From Flaccisagitta enflata (Eukaryota): a stretch of 64,000 nt of DNA. A program made the translations under genes and the position numbers. Shown piece after piece: positions 1-9,456 of the stretch (position 1 is the stretch's first letter; each line of letters starts with the position of its first letter). The DNA lies in the NCBI GenBank assembly GCA_965153355.1, contig OZ231126.1, positions 47,678,001-47,742,000 of the forward strand, written 5' to 3'. The notes beneath the pieces were generated by a model. It was not told the DNA's origin. It did no database searches and saw nothing but the letters and a program-made list of their open reading frames with translations.

Positions 1-2
1 TA

Positions 3-3000
3 TCAGGATGCGACGCAATTGATCAAACGCAGAAAGACCAGTTGGAGAGACTTATTCGCGAATCCTCCAGTGTATTCGCCAGATCCCACATGGATATTGG
101 ATGTACAAACTTGGTCTACCATCACGTCAAGATCAACTCTGACCAACCTGTGTATGCGTCTTATCACAAGGCACAGGGGTCTGAAATCAGGAAGGAAATC
201 AATGACCAAACACAGGGTCTCCTGGCATCTGGAGTGATCAAGGAATCCGAAAGCCCTTATTGCTCGCCTATTGTGATGGTCAGGAAGAAGTACGGTGGTT
301 GGCGTTATTGCGTCGACCTACGCAAAATCAACAAAATAACCGATAAATTCACATTCCCTATCCCAAAGATTGAGGATGCTCTGCGACGCCTCAAGAAACC
401 AAAGATCTTCTCGTCACTCGATCTTTTGAAAGCGTACTATCAAATCCCCGTGGTGGAAGAACACCAAAAATACTACGCTTACAGTGACGGAATACGGCAT
501 CTCCAATTCGCTCGCTGTCCAATGGGCGCGAAGAACAGCGGATCGTCGCTCGCCCTCCTCATGGAACTGGTGCTGCGTGGTCTGCCGCCGGAGTGCGTGA
601 TAGGATATCTCGATGATATCCTCATCGCCACAGAGGATTGGAAGACGCATATGGAGATCCTCGAGAAACTCTTCAAGGCACTCGAGCATGCCGGTCTCAA
701 GCTTTGCCCCGGTAAATGCCACTTCGCCCGCAAAGAGGTCAAGACGCTGGGGTACACTCTATCTGAAGATGGTATACGCCCAGATGACTTCAACTTGGAC
801 AAAGTACGGAAATGGACGGAAGCGAAGGACAAAAGCGAAGTCCGTACCTTTTTGGGCTTGTCTGGTTATTACAGAAGTCTCATCCTTGGATATGCCAACA
901 TCGCCGCACCACTCACAGATCTCTTACGCGATGAAGTGGAGTTCAAGTGGGATCAACCGCAAAAAGACGCGTTTGAAGAGCTGAAAAAGATTCTCCTCTC
1001 TGAGCCAGTGGCCGCATATCCGGATTACGATAAACCATTTATCCTGAAGACGGACGCATCGAAAGTAGCCATGGGTGCAGTCCTTGCCCAAAAGAAGGAG
1101 ACAAAGAAGGAGAGCATGATCGCCTGTACAAGCAAGAAATTCAATGCCGACGAGCTGAAATGGATTCCCTATGATAGGGAATTTTGGGCAGTTGTTGCCT
1201 CCGTGCGTCACTTTGCCCATTATCTACGCTTCAAACCATTCGTCATTGTCGTCGATCACAAACCCTTACTTGCATGGCGAGATGTGACAACTCAGCGCGA
1301 TGGGACGAATCGACGCACACGCTGGTCGATGGAGTTGTCGACATTCGATTTCGAGATGATCTACAAGGAAGGCAAACGCCATTCGGACGCAGACGCCTTG
1401 TCACGACATCCTTGCCCGGACGAACCCGACGAAGAGCAAGACGATGAAGTCATAAGCTTATTGTCAACAGACGAGCCCATGGTGGTCTGCTTGATCGCGG
1501 CAAAATGCCTCGATGAAATCTCATTGGCGGAGATTCATGCAGATGATGAATCATCAAAAGAGATGAAGAAGCTACAGGATAAAGACCACAACATCAAATT
1601 AGCGAAAGAGTTAATCCTGGCCAGAAACACCGACAAACAAGCATGGAAACCGTTGCATCAATGGTACAAAACGGAAAGATTCCATTTTATCGTCTCCAAT
1701 GGCGTCCTCTATCACAGCAGAATGCTCCCTTCATCTGACGAACCACTATCGCGAACAGTCATTCCAGAATGTAAACAAGAGGAAATGATGTATAGAGCGC
1801 ATGGCCATATGCAATCGGGCCATCCTTGCTTTCAAAGGGCCATTTCAAGACTAGAAAAATTCGCCATTTGGCCAGGCATGTCCAAACAACTCGCCCATTA
1901 CATCAATAACTGCGCAGAATGCCAAGGCTTCAGGCGGAAGGTGCCGAGTATGATGGCACCCATTCAAGCTCAAACAGCATCGGCCCCACTGGAATTCGTC
2001 CAGGCGGATCTTTATTTCGTCGGCAAAACCTACAACAAGAAGGATTACATCCTCTGTTTCGAAGATAGGTTTACAAAACACTGTCGACTCTTTGCAATCA
2101 AAGACACCAAGTCAACCAGCGTTGCCGCCTGCTTGGAAGTCTACATTTCACAACTTGGCTGCCCTGACCGATGGGGCACAGATGGCGGAAAAGAATTCTA
2201 CGACCGACTTATCCAAGCGTTGTGTCAAGTTTTCCGCGTCAAGAAAGAATACGCCCTGGCCTATAGGCCACAAACGCAAGGGCAAACGGAGCGCAAAAAT
2301 CGCACAATCAAAGCCGAGCTCATCAAAAGATGCCACCAATTTGGCCCAAATTGGCCCGCCATGCTAAAGTGGATAGAATGCGCATACAACACGACCGTTC
2401 ATCCCAGCCACGGCTTCACGCCTTTTCTTCTAATGTTCGGAAGAGAGCCGCGTCTGCCTATCGAGCAAGATATCCCGAAGATCAGCACCAAAGGTTGGAA
2501 CACGACGATGAAGACTTACTTCCAAGATTTCCTTGATCGGATCCACGTCATGCAACAGGAAGCGATGCTAAGAAAACAGACCTATCAAGAGAACATGGTC
2601 GCCCAGCAACGCCAGAAGATTCTTGTACCCTTGGATCCCGGAACCAAAGTGCTTCGTGATATACCTCCTAAATTGTTGGGAAAATCTCAAATGCCCAAAG
2701 ACGGGCCTTGGACAGTCCTGGAGCAAAGGGAGAAAGATGGCAAACGTCTACCGGTCTACATTGTCAAAGATGAAGACGGAAACAAACTCTTCACTCATCG
2801 CCAAAACTTAACCCAATTCAACGAACCGGTGCTCCCGACGCCAACAACCGTTGAGCCAATTCGCGAGGCCACCGGTGGAGAAAAAGTGGAAGTTCCTAGA
2901 GAGAAGCCCAGAGTTGCCCCGCCATCTGATGGACCAGCAACGAGAACAAGAGCAAAATCCAAAAGAATCCTAACACTGGTAAGCAACAAATCTGATTCCT

Positions 3001-3914
3001 CTCAAACTGTCAGCTCGATCCAGCAACAGCCACCCCAGCTACCGTCGCAGCCTCCGCCGCAGCCACCGCCGCAGCCGCCGCCGCAGCCGCCCCCGCAGCC
3101 ACCGCCGCAGCCTCCACATCAGCCGCCGCCGCCACCTCCGAATCAACCAAATAACAACGGCGACGGAGACAACGCCCCAAACGATCCTGCCGCCGGCAGC
3201 GCCGCGCCACCAGACGGAACAGGATTAGGCGACGCCGGCAGTAGCAATGAAGAGGAGGAGGAACAACGCTCCCCTTTCCAGACGCCGCAAGCGAGCGATG
3301 AAGGCAGCAGTGAATGGGACGATTCTCAAGACACTACAATCTCAATGGACGAAAATCGATCTCTTGACAGATTCAATGACGCAAGGAATCCCCTCAGCGC
3401 AAATTCAACTATAACAACAGCCCGCCCCATTGCCATAGACGACTTTCACGGAAGCGACGAAATGGAAATTGTTGGTGACAGTGAAGAGGAAGAAGGCAAC
3501 GTACCGATCGCCAAACGACTTCACCTCCTATCGGGTACGATTTCCGTTAGGCCATCTTCATCCTCCTCCGTTAGGCCATCTTCATCCTCCTCCGTTAGGC
3601 CATCTTCATCCTCCTCCAGAGTTGGCGCAAGAGCATGCACGCCGTTAAGAAGGACGTTATCAGCAACATCAGCCACTATCGATGAAGCTGAAATATCCCA
3701 AGAGCTAGAAGGCGGCGGCCAAAGACTTGCAAATTGGAATCGGCTCAGCTCCTCAGATGCACCCCCAGGTAACGTAGCGTCTGAAGAAGAAACGGTAACC
3801 GCGCGAGACGATGATCCTCTCTTTCAAGGTGGACGAGTCCAGGAAATGGTCGCCAACAAAAAGGGCCATATAATCACGGTCCGCCGCAGTGGGAGGAATC
3901 GCGACCAGGAATAG
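3..3914 (+). CDS. pol: Ty3/Gypsy retrotransposon Pol polyprotein (5'-partial): reverse transcriptase, RNase H, integrase, long disordered C-terminal tail
   Basis: The frame is open from base 3 to TAG at 3914. RT motifs: SPIVMVRKK..WRYCVDLR.IN, LDL..AYYQI, PMG..NS, YLDD (nt 606-617). RNase H: LKTDAS...RE..AV...VDHKPL...ADALSR. Integrase: HHCC zinc finger (AHGHMQSGH...CAEC), D-D-E core (ADL / TDGG / TERKN) and a GPY/F-like KDGPW. The order RT-RH-IN is diagnostic of Ty3/Gypsy. gag and protease lie upstream of the window. Confidence 0.96.
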   Translation, partial: SGCDAIDQTQKDQLERLIRESSSVFARSHMDIGCTNLVYHHVKINSDQPVYASYHKAQGSEIRKEINDQTQGLLASGVIKESESPYCSPIVMVRKKYGGWRYCVDLRKINKITDKFTFPIPKIEDALRRLKKPKIFSSLDLLKAYYQIPVVEEHQKYYAYSDGIRHLQFARCPMGAKNSGSSLALLMELVLRGLPPECVIGYLDDILIATEDWKTHMEILEKLFKALEHAGLKLCPGKCHFARKEVKTLGYTLSEDGIRPDDFNLDKVRKWTEAKDKSEVRTFLGLSGYYRSLILGYANIAAPLTDLLRDEVEFKWDQPQKDAFEELKKILLSEPVAAYPDYDKPFILKTDASKVAMGAVLAQKKETKKESMIACTSKKFNADELKWIPYDREFWAVVASVRHFAHYLRFKPFVIVVDHKPLLAWRDVTTQRDGTNRRTRWSMELSTFDFEMIYKEGKRHSDADALSRHPCPDEPDEEQDDEVISLLSTDEPMVVCLIAAKCLDEISLAEIHADDESSKEMKKLQDKDHNIKLAKELILARNTDKQAWKPLHQWYKTERFHFIVSNGVLYHSRMLPSSDEPLSRTVIPECKQEEMMYRAHGHMQSGHPCFQRAISRLEKFAIWPGMSKQLAHYINNCAECQGFRRKVPSMMAPIQAQTASAPLEFVQADLYFVGKTYNKKDYILCFEDRFTKHCRLFAIKDTKSTSVAACLEVYISQLGCPDRWGTDGGKEFYDRLIQALCQVFRVKKEYALAYRPQTQGQTERKNRTIKAELIKRCHQFGPNWPAMLKWIECAYNTTVHPSHGFTPFLLMFGREPRLPIEQDIPKISTKGWNTTMKTYFQDFLDRIHVMQQEAMLRKQTYQENMVAQQRQKILVPLDPGTKVLRDIPPKLLGKSQMPKDGPWTVLEQREKDGKRLPVYIVKDEDGNKLFTHRQNLTQFNEPVLPTPTTVEPIREATGGEKVEVPREKPRVAPPSDGPATRTRAKSKRILTLVSNKSDSSQTVSSIQQQPPQLPSQPPPQPPPQPPPQPPPQPPPQPPHQPPPPPPNQPNNNGDGDNAPNDPAAGSAAPPDGTGLGDAGSSNEEEEEQRSPFQTPQASDEGSSEWDDSQDTTISMDENRSLDRFNDARNPLSANSTITTARPIAIDDFHGSDEMEIVGDSEEEEGNVPIAKRLHLLSGTISVRPSSSSSVRPSSSSSVRPSSSSSRVGARACTPLRRTLSATSATIDEAEISQELEGGGQRLANWNRLSSSDAPPGNVASEEETVTARDDDPLFQGGRVQEMVANKKGHIITVRRSGRNRDQE

Positions 3915-3928
3915 TTTTCCTGGTGTCA

Positions 3929-3930
3929 GC

Positions 3931-4016
<86 letters not shown>

Positions 4017-4018
4017 CC
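3929..4018. repeat. (AAC)n microsatellite immediately after the pol stop codon
   Basis: Pure CAA/AAC run. Confidence 0.95.
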
Positions 4019-4641
4019 GCCGCAACCGATATATGATCAAAAAAAATCGATTTATTTTTACTAAACACTTCATTTGCGTAAGGTTTATTGTTTTATCTAT
4101 GAAAAGAGCATTGGTAGTCCAAAACTAATACATGAATCAACTAAATCAAAATGTGAACATCGGTAACGGATAACGCGCAAATCACTCAACCCGCTTTTAC
4201 CCATAACATTGTCTCAATACACGCGAATATAATGTCGCAGTTTCCTTTATTGTAAATAGATGCTCGTGACGGAAGTGGTAACGAACGATGGTGGTAGCAG
4301 AATCATACAGAAAGCCTCAGATCTATTGGTAAGTTTAAGCATGGATAGCAAAAGGCAAACGAATCATGCTAATCAACGACAAAATGATCAAAATCACCTA
4401 AAATATAAAGAATCAAATATCAGCCAATCCCCTTGATTGATTACAATCATGTTACTGATTGATTACAATCGTGTTTTAATTACAATTGATCGCAATAATC
4501 TGATTTGATCTCAATGATTAATAATAATCATGTATAATCACTGCTAATGTCATTACCAATCATGTTAATGTGTCACCGTATCCAATCCTCTAATGATTCC
4601 ATAGAGTGAAATTCCTTTACTACTATACTATCGGCTCTAAA

Positions 4642-7200
4642 ATGCGCAACGAAATGAACCGCGGCCATGATGTGTGGGCCGACGTTGAAACTAACCATTT
4701 ACAACCGCACGAGCGACGAGCCGCCGATCAAGCTAAGGCGGAAATCATCGAGCATCAAAGCGGACGTTCATTGTTACAGTCCCCATTCGATTCCGGAAAA
4801 ATCCCCGTCAGAGAAAGGGTGATTGATGACATGGAATCGTTTCGAAACCTGTGTCGCGCGGGTCTCGAAGTAGTTCAAAACGGTCCGACCGTTGTTCTGT
4901 TGGAAACCAGGGGAAAATCCAACCTTTGGGTCAACGCTCGGAAGCGACTCGATGGCGATGATTACGAGAAGAACGACGAGAGTTCGGGAGTGTCAGTAAT
5001 CCTACTGAACGTTTTGAACCGCGATGGCGACGACATCATCGGCTTCGTCAACATCAAGAAGATTGTTGAGAAAGAATTAAACGGAGATCCAACCCTCCCG
5101 GAGGAGTTTTATGACTTGGTTTGCAACAAAAAGGTAATGGTCATCGGAGACGGGTTACTCATGCATCTCAAGCGCCTCGAAAATTCGTTCGGTAAATTCA
5201 ATGGTTTACTGTACACGACGCTTCATGATCTTACCGAACGGTGGCGCCGTTACAAGTTTGAAATCGGCGATCTTGACAGCGTTGTACTCAACGCCCACGA
5301 GCATAACGGTCTGATGCTCAACTTCCACGCCGTTTTCAAAATCGAAACTTACTTCAATAACCCTTACGAGCGTCTCTCTGACTTCAACGATTCCGACCAT
5401 TTCCGCCGATCCCAGTATGTATATGGTCTGAACAAAATTTTCTTCACCGCGGTTCTCGTCAAACGCATCCTCAGATTCTTTGAGGAGTCCAGTCTTTCGT
5501 TGTCCATTATGGGAACTCTCTATCCCAAGTACGCCGTCGAAACCCGCTTAGACTTCCGGTACCGAGACGCCATCGACCAGGGCACGCTTCCCCCGAAATG
5601 GTACGAAGAAGTCAACTGGCCTTTGCACGTGGAAGAAAGGTATGGTCGATGTAGTCGTGTCGAGGGCATTCGCGACCCCGACAGCGTGCGTTCCGAGCAA
5701 AGAGTTGTCACAAAAGAATGCGTTGAAGGCGCGAGAGGAATGGGAGAAAAGCGGAAGCTGGTCGTTAGCGATTTGAGCGACGACGACGACGCTGACCGAG
5801 CGCATATTAATCAGCGCATCGAGGAAAACGAAATACGGCGCCATGCCGCCCGTGCCGCGCGACGCCTCCGCGAAAATCCGTCAACGCAGAACGTCAAAGA
5901 TCAGCTCTACGCCGGTAACAACAACCCGGTAGTATTTGTCGCCACCATCATCAACAGCCTCAACGACAACCGTTATAGGAAGCTAATTGGTGAAATCCTC
6001 GACTATTGCGAGTGGTTGTCGTGCGATAGGAAGGAGAAGTTGGTTGCCAAATTGGCCTTTGACGGTTTCTTTCACAATAGTCCTGACTACACAGCTTTCA
6101 AAATGATTAACCGCTTGAAAATTAAAAATCCCTCGCCTTCGATGTTGCTTCTCTACAATGTTAACGGGATTCAAATTGCCGACTTTCTTGCGTTGAGACC
6201 GCACTGCACCCGCCGCGCGCTTGATTTCTTGGAGGAATATTTGCTGCTTCCACGGGACGCCCGCTTATTGAAGTTGGAATCATGTGATTTCTTTGCCCGC
6301 CGCGACCTCGGCAGTTATTTGTTCGACGACGACAAAATTGAGTTTTGGATTCGTCGCATTTGCGATAGATGTCATCTCTTGCCTGGCGACGCCTATTTCC
6401 GAGGCAAACGGCCCTCGTTCGTCGATGAATTGATAGAACATGGGAGACAGGGCCGCATGTCGGCGGAAAACGCCGCCCGTCTCGTCGCGGCTCATACCGG
6501 TCAAGACTTTCACGACAAACGCGACGCGGTTCTCATTTGCGTCCGTTGGCCGACTCTGGCTCGCCTCCTGCATAAGAAATGGAATTTCTACGGTCGCGCT
6601 CCCCGCCTCGTCAATTGCGATCAGAATTTGAAGGAAGACGCCTGTTGCCGCCAGTCGTTGCACGTTGAACAACGGGATCGAGAAATTACTTACGTCCGTT
6701 CATCCGCCGACTTCGCTAGCATGGAATTAGTCTGTGGTTCCGAGCAGCTGATTATCGTCGAGTCGAGGCCGAACAAAAATCCGCGCAGTTTTGTCAATGA
6801 TCCGGGTTTCATCCTTTTCCGCGGCCCCGGCGGGCGTATTTTTGGCTATTTCCCTTCTGACCTTTCCGAGGATGATCATCGTCAGATGTTGGACTTCTTC
6901 AGTGGGAAGACCATCTTCACTCGTACTGTCGACTTCGTGAGGAAATACTTAGCGAAACATGCAACGAGCGCCGCGTGGATTAACGGCGCCCTTTTGGCAG
7001 AGGAGTACGCTAAAGGAAGAACCGATGACGCCGTTGCCAGTTTGGTTTGGGGATCCCGATTCTGTGGCGTCACCCGAGAGGAGTGGTTTGTGGACCCGCT
7101 TACGGAGATCCAGGAGTCTCATGCAGCTTACGGGATAAATCTAGTGAATGATCTTTTCTTCCACGTCGGTTGGGACGTAGCGCTTGATCGAGCCGAATAA
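4642..7200 (+). CDS. Retroelement accessory ORF: MUT-7/Nibbler/EXD3-like protein with two degenerate (probably catalytically dead) DEDDy 3'-5' exonuclease domains
   Basis: The frame is open 4606-7200 and the first ATG is at 4642. Domain 1 (~4813-5475): VVLLETRG / LPEEFYDLVCNKKVMVIGDGLLMHLKRLENSFG / ERLSDFNDSDHFRRSQYVYG. Helical region ~5893-6591. Domain 2 (~6685-7161): ITYVRSSADF..LIIVESR / VASLVWGSRFC..REEWFVDPLTEIQESHAAYG. These follow the RNase D/WRN/mut-7 pattern LP..L..L..n....kvG.g...D...L...fg and q.sdW..rPL...Q..YAA.D. Homology recognised by eye only. Confidence 0.7.
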   Translation: MRNEMNRGHDVWADVETNHLQPHERRAADQAKAEIIEHQSGRSLLQSPFDSGKIPVRERVIDDMESFRNLCRAGLEVVQNGPTVVLLETRGKSNLWVNARKRLDGDDYEKNDESSGVSVILLNVLNRDGDDIIGFVNIKKIVEKELNGDPTLPEEFYDLVCNKKVMVIGDGLLMHLKRLENSFGKFNGLLYTTLHDLTERWRRYKFEIGDLDSVVLNAHEHNGLMLNFHAVFKIETYFNNPYERLSDFNDSDHFRRSQYVYGLNKIFFTAVLVKRILRFFEESSLSLSIMGTLYPKYAVETRLDFRYRDAIDQGTLPPKWYEEVNWPLHVEERYGRCSRVEGIRDPDSVRSEQRVVTKECVEGARGMGEKRKLVVSDLSDDDDADRAHINQRIEENEIRRHAARAARRLRENPSTQNVKDQLYAGNNNPVVFVATIINSLNDNRYRKLIGEILDYCEWLSCDRKEKLVAKLAFDGFFHNSPDYTAFKMINRLKIKNPSPSMLLLYNVNGIQIADFLALRPHCTRRALDFLEEYLLLPRDARLLKLESCDFFARRDLGSYLFDDDKIEFWIRRICDRCHLLPGDAYFRGKRPSFVDELIEHGRQGRMSAENAARLVAAHTGQDFHDKRDAVLICVRWPTLARLLHKKWNFYGRAPRLVNCDQNLKEDACCRQSLHVEQRDREITYVRSSADFASMELVCGSEQLIIVESRPNKNPRSFVNDPGFILFRGPGGRIFGYFPSDLSEDDHRQMLDFFSGKTIFTRTVDFVRKYLAKHATSAAWINGALLAEEYAKGRTDDAVASLVWGSRFCGVTREEWFVDPLTEIQESHAAYGINLVNDLFFHVGWDVALDRAE

Positions 7201-8129
7201 GTTAACGTAACAAATCATTTTTGGGATATAATTCCCTAGTTTGCAACAACGGTGACACTTAAATTCGTTATTTGATTCCATTGATTCATCATTTGATTAT
7301 TATTCGACTCCTTTCATCCTCAGACTCCAAAGTTAATATCCTGATATGTTTATGCAGAAAGAGGTGTCGCGCCTCTATCAGCGTGAGGCTGAGAATCGTT
7401 TATGCCTCATGTCCATCGATGAGAAGCAAAGAATCGTTAAAATTTCGTGGAAGTTTCATGGAAAGGCGATGAAGATTCGTCGACGGTTACGGAAGAGACG
7501 CTGAAGATACGCTGATGGTTACGGGAAATACGATGATGAAGACAAAGGCAAAGTAAAGAAGAAGCAGATGGAAGCTTTTCAATCTCACCTCCGTCCCTTA
7601 GGACTTAGTTCCAGGTGAGAAAATGAATTGGTATGTGTTGGACGGGTCAACTAGACCCTCTTCACATGATGATCCTGCCTCTCCTTTTCCATTTCCGGTG
7701 GCGATTCCAATTCCGTCAACGACATTCCACGTCCGAGTTCGATGAAGACGACGTTTCTTGGCCCGATGGGTGGCCAGATGGGGGCATCTGTCTAGTTACG
7801 GCCCGGCGACTGTAACAACATTGCTCCTCGTCTCCCGCCTCAGGCCAACGCGATTCCCCTCATCATCGTCTCCGCCTCCAACCAACACGATCCCTTTCAG
7901 CAACACCTTCGGTCAACACGGATCTCCTCGTAGACACCTTTGGCCAACACGATCTCTACGTCTTCCGGCGGAGGGCGAAATGAAGAAGAAAGGACTTACG
8001 GAAGAAGGACTGACGAGGGAAGCACTGATGAAGGAAGGACTAACGAAGGATGGACATTAAACCGTCTCCCTTGGCGATAAATACGGAAATAATCGATCTC
8101 CTTTGGCGATAAATCATCTCCTGTGGACT

Positions 8130-8190
8130 TTCATCGTGTCATTCATCGTGTCATTCATCGTGTCATTCATCGTGTCATTCATCGTGTCAT
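8130..8190. repeat. 12-bp tandem repeat (TTCATCGTGTCA) x5
   Basis: Directly visible. Confidence 0.9.
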
Positions 8191-8714
8191 CACAGCGTCA
8201 TTGCGTTCAATTGTGTTAGATAATCATTGTTGTTAATCGTTACTGTGATAATTAACTTGCAACCCGCAGCCGTACACAGGCACCTTTCTTTGATTGTTGA
8301 TTAAAAACATGACCGTTTGCATATATTTTTGGTAGAGGAAATTTGGTATTTGATCGGTAGGACGAGTTTAGCAATTTCTCGAGTCTATAACCCTATGAAT
8401 TTATCATCTTTCTGTTTCCACCATCAAGTCTCAAAATACTACCCTAAAGACTGACCGAGGCCCCTCTAAACTGATCGTTGGACCCGTCCGTCATGCCTTG
8501 GCGGCAGCAAATATATTCATAAAACGTCCGCTTTGTTTACAAACAATATCCCGTCGAACCGATGTCAACCGCGAGCAAGCCATCTTATAGAGATTCTCCA
8601 GGTGAAGAGATTTACCACCGTTCTTCGATATTTTGCGGACATAGAGACCTCTTAAAAGTCTAAGACTTGTTGTCCTGTTGGACTTGTTCGTTTCCTCCGC
8701 AACTTATTCCTTTT

Positions 8715-8983
8715 CTTCTTATCTCTTCCTCTTCTCCTTCAGTTTTTCTTTTTTTCTTCTTCTTCTTCTTCTTCTTCTTCTTCTTCTTCTTCTTCTTCTT
8801 CGTCTTCTTCTTCTTCTTCGTCTTCTTCTTCTTCTTCTTCTTCTTCTTCTTCATCTTCTTCTTCTTGTACTTCTTCTTCTTCGCCTTCTTCTTCGCCTTC
8901 TTCTTCGTCTTCTTCTTCGCCTTCTTCTTCTTCTTCTTCTTCTTCTTCTTCTTCTTCTTCTTCTTCTTCTTCTTCTTCTTCTT

Positions 8984-9014
<31 letters not shown>

Positions 9015-9270
9015 TTCTTCTTCTTTTTCTTCTTCTTCTTCTCCTTCTCCTTACCTTTTTCTCCATCTTTTACCCCTACTTTTTCTTCTTCTTCTTTTTC
9101 TTCTCCTTCTCCTTACCTTTTTCTCCTTCTTTTTCTCCTACTTCTTCTTCTTCTTCTCCTTCTCCTTCTTCTTCTTCTTTTTCTTCTTCTTCCTCTTCTT
9201 GTTTCCTTCTTCTTCTTCTTCTTCTTCTTCTTCTTCTTCTTCTTCTTCTTCTTCTTCTTCTTCTTCTCTC
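8715..9270. repeat. (TTC)n compound microsatellite
   Basis: Directly visible. It is the source of the poly-F/L/K/R ORFs. Confidence 0.95.
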
Positions 9271-9456
9271 TTTCACGCCTTCTTTATTGCACCCGAAACA
9301 AAGAGGAGTGAAAGGCGGCTGACAGCTAGTTAATGAAAGACCATGGACGCCTGATTGTGACTGTGAGTATTCATTTTTCCATTATTCAATTATTAGGTCG
9401 CGAACGTGAATGCTCGTCATTCTATTTTGTGTGCACATGAGTTTTAAGAGTTTCGC

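Larger units (their letters stand above)
1..7200 (+). mobile_element. Ty3/Gypsy LTR retrotransposon with an extra 3' ORF. The 5' end is outside the window and the 3' boundary is unresolved (possibly as far as ~9.4 kb).
   Basis: Intact pol is followed ~700 bp later by a second intact, intronless, same-strand ORF. Both lack the MITE and microsatellite interruptions seen throughout the host DNA. No paired LTR is visible. Confidence 0.8.

Noticed and set aside
4606-7200. ORF2 as a retroviral-type env gene
   Set aside because: No signal peptide or C-terminal transmembrane segment is visible. The motifs fit exonuclease folds instead.
4606-7200. ORF2 as the host EXD3/mut-7 gene
   Set aside because: It is intronless while both host genes here have many short exons, its catalytic residues are absent, and it sits directly behind pol. 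This is not formally excluded without seeing the LTRs.
8660-9322. ORFs of up to 214 aa (poly-F, poly-L, poly-R/K)
   Set aside because: These are translations of the (TTC)n microsatellite.
9320-9436. Short 3' LTR (TG...CA) after a purine tract
   Set aside because: There is no second copy in the window and no clear poly(A) signal or terminal inverted repeat, so it is not annotated as a feature.
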